A DNA stretch of 64,000 bases from Octopus sinensis. Taxonomy: Eukaryota. The notes beneath the pieces are model-generated. The model was not told where the DNA came from. It saw only the letters and a list, made by a program, of their open reading frames with translations, and did not search any database. The position numbers and the translations under genes were made by a program. The stretch spans positions 87,172,001 to 87,236,000 of the forward strand of contig NC_043000.1 in assembly GCF_006345805.1 (NCBI RefSeq). Reading direction: 5' to 3'. This document shows, piece after piece, positions 53,036-64,000 of the stretch; position 1 is the stretch's first letter; the number at the start of each line of letters is the position of its first letter.

Positions 53036-54532
53036 TGCATATTCTTAAAAATAAGAATATGAAATAAACATAAAAAATGAAAATAATCTCATATCACCTA
53101 ATCCCTTCAATCAATAATACACATTACCTCAGAAATCATATTAATATAGATAGGAATAAAATAGCAAAAAAGAAACCAATACCATGTGTGAGAATAGCTG
53201 ACCGCCCCCCCCGCCAAACATTACCCGTCACTCTAATAAAGAAAGCAACAATATCATTATTTGGATCATAATACCTTTTGCCAAACATCTAAAATCTAAT
53301 TTTATTAGATTTATTAGAAATATTATTAATAAAAACTTTAAAAACTCCAAATGTGCAAAAATATTTAATAATAAGAAAAATCTTACTAAGATTTTCAGTC
53401 TCTCCAGAACTTTTTAAGGATAATCTCTTTTAACAATAAGAAACTGGACCTATTCTATTATTAAAAACTTCATTAAATATACCTAGCAACTCCAATAATT
53501 CTATAACTAACAAGTACTATTATGATATAAACCAAAACTCCATTATCCCTAATATATATAGACATAACACCATAGTACCACCCAATAATTTAAATTGTAA
53601 TTGCAGAGACCCACATATTTGTGAAGTAGATAGAAATTGCACAATGAAAGTAGTATACCAGGCAACTATTATTACTACTCATAACTCCTCTAACTATATA
53701 TACATTTGGTGCACGAAAAATTCTATAAAATCAAGAATCAATAATCATAAATCTTCCTTTAATGACCCAAGAAAAGAGAATAGCACGGGTCTATCTAAAA
53801 CAATTTGGTACCTCAAAAGAAACAATATTGATTACTCAATATCTTGGAAAATTCTATCTTCTGCCCTCTCTTATAGATATAATAACAAAATTTGTACGTT
53901 ATGTTTGGAAGAAAGCTACAATATAATGAGAATGAATGGACATCTGATTAATACTGGGGATGAAAAAGCTTTTTCATGTAAATACACGACCAAATTCCTT
54001 TTTATTAATATTAAATAATTTTCCCCTCCCTCTTACTAGTTTTTTTAATAACATTTCCATTTTTCTAATATCTCTATCTTTTAAAAATATCTCTATATAT
54101 TAACCCTTTCTGTGGAATTCGTTTACTCATCACATCCTCTGCACACAACTTACACTATATTGATATATATTTATTATTTAAGTCTTCCTTCTAATAATTG
54201 CATGACCCACCAAATCTCCTACACCTTCCTTTCTCGCAATGTGTTTTTATATCTTCCCTTAGTATATAATATACCTATCTTTTTTATAATTTATTTTATT
54301 TGCCTAATATGTCCCTAACAAAATCCCCTCCACTTACCCATTTTAATTAATACTGTTTTATGTTACTTGCCAATCTACCTGATATTTAATTATATCTTAC
54401 AGCTGATATATGTAAACATATAATACTTCTTGGTGTCCAAATTGCTTACAACCATGTGCTTATTAACTATATGTTAACACTAATATGTATTTTTAATATG
54501 ACTGTGTGCACATATACGTATGTCCCACTCAA

Positions 54533-54589
<57 letters not shown>

Positions 54590-55737
54590 ATAACATTTTC
54601 TTATATGTGTGAGTAATTATAATTATATCTATATCCGTGTGGCTTTTTATCTCTTCCTTTGCACCGGCATGAGTATATTTATTTATTTTCGTATGGTGTT
54701 CCTTCCTTTATGTACACCCTAATCTAAAAACAACTAGAATACCTATATCTATGTATACTAATTTGCAGATATGCCTCTACTATCGTATTACTATATACTA
54801 AACAAAATTATTCCCTTATAAGATTTTTTAAATGAGATTATATATGAATTATTTTGTATATTTTGTATACTTATGTGCACCCACTACTCGTAAAAATGTT
54901 TTATATTATATTCATAATGCACAATAATCTATTACTTGAATATCTATTACTAACATAATACTACTATATACTTCCCTCTTACTTTATGCCAAGCTAGTTT
55001 CTTAACTCATATTTTTATTTATACTTAAACATAGTCAATGTGTTACATATAGATACTCATAATTAAATTTTTTTTTACTCTTCATTCCTAGCCCTATTAT
55101 CTCCCCTACATTGTTGCTTTCAGTTTACTACATCTAATAATAAACCTCTGAACTGTCTTTTAAATATTTATAGCTACAGTAAGTATTTACTATCTAAATC
55201 TGTAATATTAACAACTAATTACCTGTTTTTTTTACCTCATTTTTAATACATACAAACTAATATTAGTTCTTACAATAACACAACTCCATTTTACGTAGCT
55301 CTTTAAGCATTTCTGCCCCTTAATGCTTGTTTACGTTACATTCCAGCAGCCATCTATACACTACATCCTCTAATTTAACTTCATTCTCATGTACAAATTT
55401 TTATAAATACAAACCACATCTAGTATTGTTTATAACTGTCAGACTAAGTCCTAATTCAAACATTTGGACATTTCTATAAAACTTCCTTTGCATACACGAT
55501 TATTTGGAGAAATAACTACTTATCTCCTTACTCTTCTATAGAGGGGACGTCTCATAAAGCATTTTCACTTATATTTTCAAATAACCGTTAGTTATCTTAG
55601 TTTTAGTTTATACATAACTAGACTCACATTCATTATTATGATGCTCGTATTTCTCATAAGGATAAATATGAATATCCAAATTCATACTCTGCTATTTCTT
55701 TTATCAAGCCCTTTGTAATAATTGTTTTTTATAGTTG

Positions 55738-55856
55738 TTGCCCTGAGGAAAACAGTGATATATAATTAATTTCATTTAATCAAATTAATTTAAATATTTC
55801 TATTGAACGATGAATTTGAATGTTTGTATATTGCTGTTTGAAACGATCGTATGCAT
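55738..55856 (+). ncRNA. Near-intact type I hammerhead ribozyme with extended stem II
   Basis: TGC(C)-CTGAGGA-AAACAGTGATATA...TATATTGCTGTTT-GAA-ACGATCGT-A-(T)GCA: 13-bp stem II, 8-nt palindromic stem III, GUA triplet; first stem I pair is C.U. Confidence 0.75.
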
Positions 55857-56198
55857 GAATTAAAATTCTCTTGAATTTTAGCATCTTCTCTTCTCCAGTT
55901 TTAACAAATTTCTTATGATTTATGGGATACCTTTCCATAAATTCACATAACACACCATATACAAGTATTATTTTCATATTTGCAAACTTACGTCAGTGAA
56001 ATACAAGCAAAATATGAAGAACCTATATTAGAAATCGATTGTTGGAATCCTCCAAATTAAATGACGAAATATAATTCAACCATTTCACACACACACACAT
56101 ACACACACACGCACACACACACGCACATATATATTTATGTATATAAATATGTATATATAAATATATATATGAATATATATATATAAATATATATATGA

Positions 56199-56275
<77 letters not shown>

Positions 56276-57018
56276 TATATATATATTCATATAAATAGTA
56301 AATCTTCCATAAATAAAGTCTTCTTTTACCATTTCACCACTTGAAAAGATTGGAAGGAGTCCTTTATATAATATGAACACATATATATCTGAGTTTGTTT
56401 CCCTCACATTCCACTATTACATTATTACTCCAAATTGACCCCCAGACCATCACAGAATAGCTGCCGTGTTTCATTGTTGGCTGCAATCTTTTCGCATCGA
56501 ATTCTTGATCACAAATTTATCACCCTTGATGGTAAATTGGTGAGTTTTAATAATATGTTCTTTCCAAAGTCTTTAATTAAACGTTAAGGATTGTTAAAAA
56601 AATCTATGTATATAGTGGATATTTGCATTTTTTTATGAATTTTGTACATGGAAGCTTCTAGCTCTAAATTAACTGCTTTGGGATGTATGACATCTTTAAT
56701 AGAGAAAACTGAGTTTTGCAATAACATTATTCTACTCCAAGGTGAACCTCCAAAATAAGGTTTGAAAATACAAAGAAATTTACAGTCTGATAAAGACCCC
56801 TAAGTCGAAACTTTGAAGCAACTGCAAACCTTATTCTTATCAAAATAAAGCATGATACTCTAGTGTAAGTTAATCTTATAACTTAATGTTAACCTATGTT
56901 TGGCTATTTTTATATATAACTATAGAAATATCAGACATATTGGTATATTGGTCGTTGAGTGTGAGCATGTTTTTGAACGAAATCTACAAGAATTTGCATT
57001 TTAACTTTTGTCTTTCAG

Positions 57019-57231
57019 GTTATGATTGCGGGAACTCACAGAATGATGAAACAGTTACAGCAGAGGGAGGAATACAAAGACAAAGAAATTCCGTTTGAGG
57101 AATATCTTTCTGTAATGAACCAAAATGTCTTCATTAAAGCACAAGAAGGAAGCAGATATAGAAATTCCGATTATTTGACCTTCGAAGAAACGAATTGGTT
57201 CAAATTCGATGGAAGTCCTGAGAAAGCTAAA
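57019..57231 (+). CDS. Coding exon B of the same gene (VMIAGTHRMM...NWFKFDGSPEKAK)
   Basis: Acceptor TTTGTCTTTCAG|, donor AAA|GTAATA. 213 nt = 71 codons, phase 0/0. Joins exon A as KLK|VMIAG. Confidence 0.85.
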
Positions 57232-57789
57232 GTAATAAACTTGTATCGATTGGTTTACTTGTCACATAGATCAATTAAATTATGACCTTATTACTAATTA
57301 ATTTCAAAGAGCTATACGCAAGTTATTGATCATAAGATCTACTTATAACAGTTGAGGCAGATTCGATTTAGATGTTTTTAAATATTTTGATTTTTCCGAT
57401 TCGTGTATTTTCTTTTACAGAGCCATTGCCAGAAAAAAGTAAAATGCTCTAAGGATTCTGGGACTCAGACCTTAAGACGCTTATGTAGTAGTAATAACAA
57501 TGATACAATCTTAAAGAAGGGACCTTAATTTTCCCCAGAATAGACATTGGGTAAGGAATTCAAAGAATAAGTTTGAATACATTTCTTCAGGCATTTACTA
57601 AATTAGTTAGGTAGATGCTCTCTGATTAGGAAAAACCAAATAATGTTGCTGGAATATTTGGCAAATCTCTTGTTTACACGAAGAAAATATATTTAAATGT
57701 GGGTTACCATGCATAAAGATATGATTAAAAAATAACTTTCAATCAATTGAAATTATAATCGTAAGTAGAAAAGATGAGAAATTGGTTTC

Positions 57790-57965
57790 AAATTTTGGCT
57801 CCAGGCCAGCGGTTTCGAGGTAGGGACTAAGTCGATTATATCGACCTCGGTGCTAAACTGCTACTTATTTTATCGACCTCGAAAGGATGAAAGATAAAGT
57901 CGACTTCGGCGGAATTTGAACTCAGAACGTAAAGACGGTTGAAATGCCGTTAAGCATTTTGCCCA
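57790..57965 (-). mobile_element. SINE family 2 copy
   Basis: CGAAAGGATGAAAG..AAAGTCGAC.TCGGCGGAATTTGAACTCAGAACG. Confidence 0.85.
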
Positions 57966-59159
57966 GCTCCTCGACCCCAGAAGGAATGCTATTCGCATTA
58001 ATAAATGTTACTTTATATCAGCTGAAATAAATTTTCACAGATTCAATAGTAAATGCTTTCTACGTAGATAAACTGTGATGAATCTATTGTAGATAAACAT
58101 ATAACAATATACCTGAAGTGTAGAAAAATTATGTTTTATAATAATTTGTCTTAGGTATTTCCGATGTATCTTCTTTTGCTATTACTTACATTACTCAACA
58201 CTTAACCCTTTTCTGAGGTGCTTAAGTAATGATTTCAGAAACTGCCCCAAACTTTTTTTTACTGTTTTCTGAAAACGTATGAGTCATTCGTATTATATAT
58301 TTAATAATTTAAATATAATTTAAAAAATCTTAATTATGGAATTATTTCGTTAATCATTTTCTGACCAATAGTAAGTTTTCAAGCCTGAGTGTCTTTCACT
58401 TAACCGGCTAAGTTTATGAATAGTTTCTCCACAATTGACTGTCTGCGTTCATCTTGGATTAATATCCTGTATTTTCCATTTACTTAGAATACTTGAGCAA
58501 TATGTCGCCATTTAAATCTTAGGATTGAACAGAAAGACCATCTGTGAATAAGATATACTATCTCATTTGTTATGATTTTTCTAAGGCTTCATGGCACTGG
58601 ATCGTATGTGAAGTTTACTAAAATGAACAAATCGCTATAAGAGATGTGATTGATAATTAATTTGTCTGCTAAACCAACATATATAAATATATTTAGATAG
58701 ACGACTTGCAAATCACTAATTAATTTCTGCAACATTAATTTTATTGACATTTACTGCTTTGTTTAGGTAAAGAGAAAGTTATTCTCAAGGAAAATTATTT
58801 CAACTGATATCTTGTAGGCGCCTAATTTAAGATCCCAAAGTCTAGAATAAGCATAACGTTGAGAGGGAAATAAAGGCTATTCGATACATCTAAGTTGCAT
58901 GCCTAATAAAACCTTAATGAGTTACAGGAAGTAACACCGTTTTGAATCTAGTCATCGCTGGACAATCTCCTCATTGAAGCGGTCCAAATCTATTGCATAC
59001 CATTTTCTAAGAAATCGGACTTACTTTGCAGTCAGTTAAAACGAGACAAATAACTATCCTCTTGTATCAGAATCAGAGACACTCTGAAATTTTTATACAA
59101 ATGTAAGGTAAATTAGTTAATCAAGCATTAGTTAATCTTATATCTAAATCCAAGTAATA

Positions 59160-59325
59160 GCAGTGAGCTAGCAGAATCATTAGAGCGTCAGACAAAATAC
59201 TTTACAGTATTTCTTCCGGCACTTTATGTTTTGAGTTCTAATTTTGCCGAGGTCAACTTCGCCTTTCATCCTTCTGGGGCCGATAAGACAAAGTACCAGT
59301 CAATTTCTGGCCTTGTGCTTAAATT
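59160..59325 (+). mobile_element. SINE family 2 copy, diverged
   Basis: GTGAGCTAGCAGAATCATTAG...TTTCATCCTTCTGGGGCCGATAAG. Confidence 0.75.
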
Positions 59326-59736
59326 AGAAATCCCATCTATCGAGAAGTTGTGATGAATAATCAGTTGAAAGTAATGAATAACTCGTGATAACGAATGTAT
59401 ATACTTGTTACAGTCCACTAGTTTTATACTTGTGCAGTTTAGGGGTTATAATATATAACCTCCCGAACATGGAATCGAATGGAAACAGATTACAATGCAG
59501 AATTGTGAAATCTGAAAAGAAGCAAGCACCCTTGTCCAACATCCTCTTACCTTGATTATACTGTCTGTCGCAGTGAATATCAAATTGAAATACTGAGCAT
59601 TGAACTGATCCTCGCAAACAACTGGTTCTTTGCTAAATCGAAAAGTCAAATCTACTCTGTTGGATATCTCAGATGAAAGCCATAAATGCTTTGTGTACTG
59701 TTTAATCTAGTGCTTTGATTTTCTTTCACATATTTA

Positions 59737-60977
59737 CAGGGGCTGGACAAAATAATGGAAACACCTAGCATCATATCATCGTAATTTTGAAATATCTATA
59801 AAACCGTCAAAAACTTGTTTATTTTTATGCCTTTTGATTTATTATTAGTGTTGTTTAATATGTTTTGCTGAAATTTATTTCGGATATTACCAGGAAAAAT
59901 TAATTAAAATTCATTAAAATGACAGATCTATCGGACTTTCAAACAAGTCAAATTGATGGTGCTCGTATGGTAGGTGCTAGTGCAGCATAAACAGCCGAAA
60001 TGTTTGGTGTATCAAGAAGTACTGTCTCGAAAGTAATGACTGCCTTTGGGAAAGAAGGAAAAACCTCCTCGTCGAAACAAAATTCCGGAAGAAAACCAAA
60101 ATTTCAGATAGAGACCGTCGGACTCTTACGCGAATTGTCAGATAGGATCACAAAAGCCCAGCTCCTAAAATTACTGCAGAGCTTAATGACCCATTTCCAC
60201 AAAAAAACTGTTCGCTGGGAGCTGCACAAATCCGGATTTCACGGGAGGGCTACAATCAGACAACCATTACTTTCAAAAACAAACGTTTCAAAGCGTTTAG
60301 AGTGGAGTAAAAACCTACAGAATTGGTCACTAAAGAAGTGAAAGAATGTTATTTTCTCAGACGAGTCATCTTTTACCTTATTTCCGACCACCGGCTGAGT
60401 ATACGTGTAGAGACAGACAAAAGAAGAATTTGACCAAGACTGCCTTCTTCCAAGTGTGAAACATGGAGGAGGATTTGTAATCATCTGGGGCACTATATCT
60501 TGGAAGTCCGCCGGCCCAATGGTTTCCCTTCATGGCAGAATTAATAGTAAAGACTATTTAAGCATTTTATCTGGACAAATTCATCGTATGGTTGCGGAAA
60601 TGTTTCCGGAGGGAAACGCAATCTTTCAGGATGATAATGCACCAATTCACGCTTCTAAAGTTGTTACTGAATGGCACGGATGAGTGAAGTTGAACATCTT
60701 ATCTGGCCACCACAATCCCCAGATCTCAATATTATTGAATATTTATGGTACATTTTAGAAAAAGAAGTAAGGAGTCGATATTCTCCGCCATCATTACTAC
60801 AAGAACTGGAGACTGTTTTAGCTGAAGAATGGACAAAAATTCCTTCGGAAACAATTCAAACTTTCTACGAGTCCATATCTTGTAGAATTCAAATTACTGC
60901 CAATGGCGGTCCTACTCCATATTAAAATAGGTTTGTTTGAAATTTTAAGGTGTTTCCATTATTTTGTCCAACCCCTG
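59737..60977 (+). mobile_element. Full-length (1241 bp) inactive Tc1 (DD34E) element
   Basis: About 30-bp TIR CAGGGG.TGGACAAAATAATGGAAACACCT, TA TSD; FSDESSF, FQDDNAPIH, WPPQSPDLNIIE; stops and frameshifts. Confidence 0.95.
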
Positions 60978-61228
60978 TATATGAAAAAAGTTAGCATAAT
61001 CAAATGAGGTAAACTTTTATTTTATTTTATATTTTAGTCAGAAGAGGAAAATGTTACCTGTGAGAATTGAAATCGTACAGATTTATGTGACTTCTATTCA
61101 AATCGAACCTCTGCGGGTTAATCCACCGATTTTGTATCATTTATGACTTATTTTTCCAGCCATTTATGGGTTGGAAAAATACTGTACATTTCTTAATTTT
61201 ATTTCTTCCATGTAATATTCTGTTGTAG

Positions 61229-61447
61229 GTTTATCAAGTACAAACATGGTTTTCCAATCTGATCAGCGATATGGATGTTGCAGCGGAAACACAAATCAAC
61301 ATTACTGATTTCACAAACATTGTTGCAGCTACTGGGGCTGCAGTAGAAGATTTTATTACATTTTTTGTGGCTGCCGAAAATATCGAGCGTAGTATAGTAG
61401 ACATGGGTATTCTGCGATATCCGGACATAGACAGACCCTATTTCAAG
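61229..61447 (+). CDS. Coding exon C of the same gene (VYQVQTWFSNLISD...GILRYPDIDRPYFK)
   Basis: Acceptor TCTGTTGTAG|, donor AAG|GTATCT. 219 nt = 73 codons, phase 0/0. Joins exon B as KAK|VYQV. Confidence 0.85.
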
Positions 61448-61505
61448 GTATCTAGTCTGCTTTTCTTTCATAACAACCAAACCAAGGGGTCAAATTGTGT
61501 GATTA

Positions 61506-61693
61506 CAGGTAAGTTCACCGCCATCAATTCACCACAGGGAAAGTTCACTGCCATCAATTCACCTTGAAGAAAGTTCACCGCGGGGAAAGTTTACCGAGAA
61601 AATATATCCATAGTATCTCACCTTTAATAGTTAGAAAACTATTTTATTCAAAAAGAACCCAAAACGGTGAACTGATGACGGTGAACTTGCCGG
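61506..61693. mobile_element. 188-bp MITE with 28-bp TIRs and AAGTTCAC subterminal repeats
   Basis: Left CAGGTAAGTTCACCGCCATCAATTCACC versus reverse complement of right CCGGCAAGTTCACCGTCATCAGTTCACC; TSD unclear. Confidence 0.75.
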
Positions 61694-62473
61694 ACATGAA
61701 ATTGTATCTGTGTGTGTGTGTGTGTGTGTGTGTGTTTGTGTATGTGTGTCTGTGTGTGTGCGTGCGTATGTTCGTACGTGCGCATGTGTGTGTGTGTGTG
61801 TGTGTGTGTGTCTGTGAGTGTGAGTGTGTGTGTGTGTGTCTGTGAGTGTGAGTGTGTGTGCGTGTGGGTGCAGTTTCTGAATTTTCTTTCTATTTCTGTA
61901 GACACTTAGTTGTATTTCAATCACAAGGTGGGGCTAACCACCTGCCCGTATTAATTTCCATTCATTCCACAATCAAACTATTGTTTTAACTTATTCATTG
62001 GCGTGCTTGAAAAATAGGTCATTGGAAGGGAAAAGAAAATGGCACATGTGTCTGCAGAATACTCAACCACGTACTCAATTCAACAAGTCGACTGAAGGAC
62101 TGAATGTTACTCTCCGAAACTGCTGGAGAGTCTCATCTTTTATATATGTATATGTACGTGTGAGTATGAGCATGTGAGTATGAGTACATAAGTATGTGTG
62201 AGTGTGCGTCTGTACGTGCATGTGTGCTCGTGTGTGTGTAGAGGAAAGTTCACTTTACGCTGAGTTATGTAAGTGGGTCAGATTCAACCAATGTGAGGAA
62301 TATATGATATCAAGGTCAAGAATATTGAAAGTTCAGAATGTCCCATCAAAGTTTCATGGAAAACAAAATGTCTGTAGTTTAAACTGTACTTTCAGTTTGA
62401 TTTACACCACATTTAGTGTGCACGTGTGTAGTGTGTGTATGTTTGTCAGACAGAAAGAGCATTCATGGGTGTG

Positions 62474-62507
<34 letters not shown>

Positions 62508-62625
62508 CATAGAAAGGGGGAGAGAGAAGAAGAGTGAGGGATAGGGAGAAGGAGGGAGAGAGAGCAATTATGTTTGCATGTGAGACATAGGCAGCACATA
62601 TATTATATATATGTATGTATGTATG

Positions 62626-62657
<32 letters not shown>

Positions 62658-62686
62658 TGTATGTAGTATGTATGTATGTATGTATG

Positions 62687-62781
<95 letters not shown>

Positions 62782-62783
<2 letters not shown>

Positions 62784-62988
62784 TCGGCAGGAGGACTTAA
62801 ACGACATGCAAAGGTACATGAAACCCAGTTGCAACTACAGCCGGCTATTACCGGTAAAGGTTTTAGTTACCAATTTTGTACAAGACATTGTAGATCTTTA
62901 GCTGGGCTAAAAAGTCGCATTCGATCACAGCACCAATAACAGTTAAGCTTCGTGCAATGGGCATACTCGATAACGAGGGGGCAGCCAT
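62782..62988 (+). mobile_element. Short 5'-truncated copy of the 40886-42978 RTE family inside (TA)n
   Basis: 10 substitutions in about 205 bp versus 42770-42975. Confidence 0.95.
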
Positions 62989-63040
62989 CATATCTATATA
63001 TATATATATCTATGTAGATATATGTTTGTATATATGTATA

Positions 63041-63103
<63 letters not shown>

Positions 63104-63134
63104 ATATATATATGTATATATATATATATATATG

Positions 63135-63186
<52 letters not shown>

Positions 63187-63293
63187 GTATATATATGTAT
63201 GTATATATATGTCCATATCTACACATATATATATATATCATATGCATACATGTGTGTGTATATTTACATATATGTTAATGTGTATATATATAC

Positions 63294-63329
<36 letters not shown>

Positions 63330-63344
63330 TAATATATATGTACG

Positions 63345-63376
<32 letters not shown>

Positions 63377-63429
63377 CATAAAAGCTCCCACACATTGCAC
63401 CCCTACACACACCGCATGCGTACATAGAC

Positions 63430-63900
63430 GCCCCACAATTTTAACCAATTCATAGAAAAAAGAAGCACACTAAGGAACATGGATGTGTAGGCAACGGATT
63501 GACATATAATACCACTACACACATTCCATTTCCACAAGGACACCAACTTTAAAGACACACATTTCCCACAAACTCTTTCCCAGAAAACTATTGCGAACTT
63601 GCAGCAGAACCACCCTCAGTGACGATGTTTTTGGCACCAATCGCTATAACTCTTGACTCAATCCTTTGCTCGATTCGTTTCATCGTCTTTTTCACAGCAA
63701 CCACAAACCGGATGTATCTATTTAACTCTAACAATAGAGAGCATATTTCATTCTATGACGGCTACCCCTGATGAGCGCAGTGTTTCATAGCCGGACTATT
63801 ACCTAACACTCCGTTGAACCCATGGTGCGCAACCGATTGGTAATACCGGCCGTAATGGATATATAATGCTGTACATAATATACGATTAATATATATATAT
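63430..63900 (+). mobile_element. PLE-like pseudo-LTR fragment with degenerate hammerhead (63768-63842)
   Basis: CTGATGA-GCGCA...TGCGC-A-ACCGATTGGT-A; the GA of GAAA is missing. Confidence 0.5.
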
Positions 63901-64000
63901 TTATATGGAACATACATACACACATGTGTGTGTGCATGTGTGTATGTGTGTATCTGTATGTATGCAACAAAATCCACCATAAATTATAAATTCCCTGAAC

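Larger units (their letters stand above)
50812..55860 (+). mobile_element. 5'-truncated Neptune-like Penelope element (RT thumb, GIY-YIG, long 3' region, hammerhead), interrupted at about 51296-53075
   Basis: IERRINLLSSNEESF...LALKKAGY; NIIIW..IPF; CNCRD..C...C.MKVVYQAT...YIWCTKNSIKSRINNHKSSF...CTLCLEE (53644-54018). Confidence 0.85.

Noticed and set aside
58380-58560. Minus-strand exon-like segment
   Set aside because: Stops in all frames; looks like an eroded RTE remnant.
62202-62537. Next host exon (SRILKVQ resemblance)
   Set aside because: No convincing phase-0 acceptor; embedded in low-complexity DNA; resemblance rests on recall only.

Overview
AT-rich, microsatellite-saturated eukaryotic DNA, most likely octopus (inferred from recalled octopus-type tRNA-SINE families and repeat density; not database-checked). 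Nearly all ORF-track entries are microsatellite artefacts. One real host gene is visible: three plus-strand, phase-compatible GT-AG coding exons (36078-36283, 57019-57231, 61229-61447; about 212 aa) of an uncharacterised protein, with first and last exons not found. The rest is nested transposons: mariner, Tc1, maT and DD41D DNA transposons, hAT and other MITEs, Helitron-like elements, RTE, CR1, R4/Dong-like and HERO-like LINEs, several Penelope-like elements (PLEs) and at least three SINE families. Most notable: (1) the unknown spliced gene; (2) about nine type I hammerhead-ribozyme-like motifs with palindromic stem III, two nearly intact, one sense inside the host intron; (3) an RLE LINE inserted twice into one (ATAC)n microsatellite; (4) a 746-bp locally templated insertion that splits a mariner transposase; (5) an RTE with tandem C2H2 fingers; (6) an RTE-CR1 chimera and several fold-back structures.
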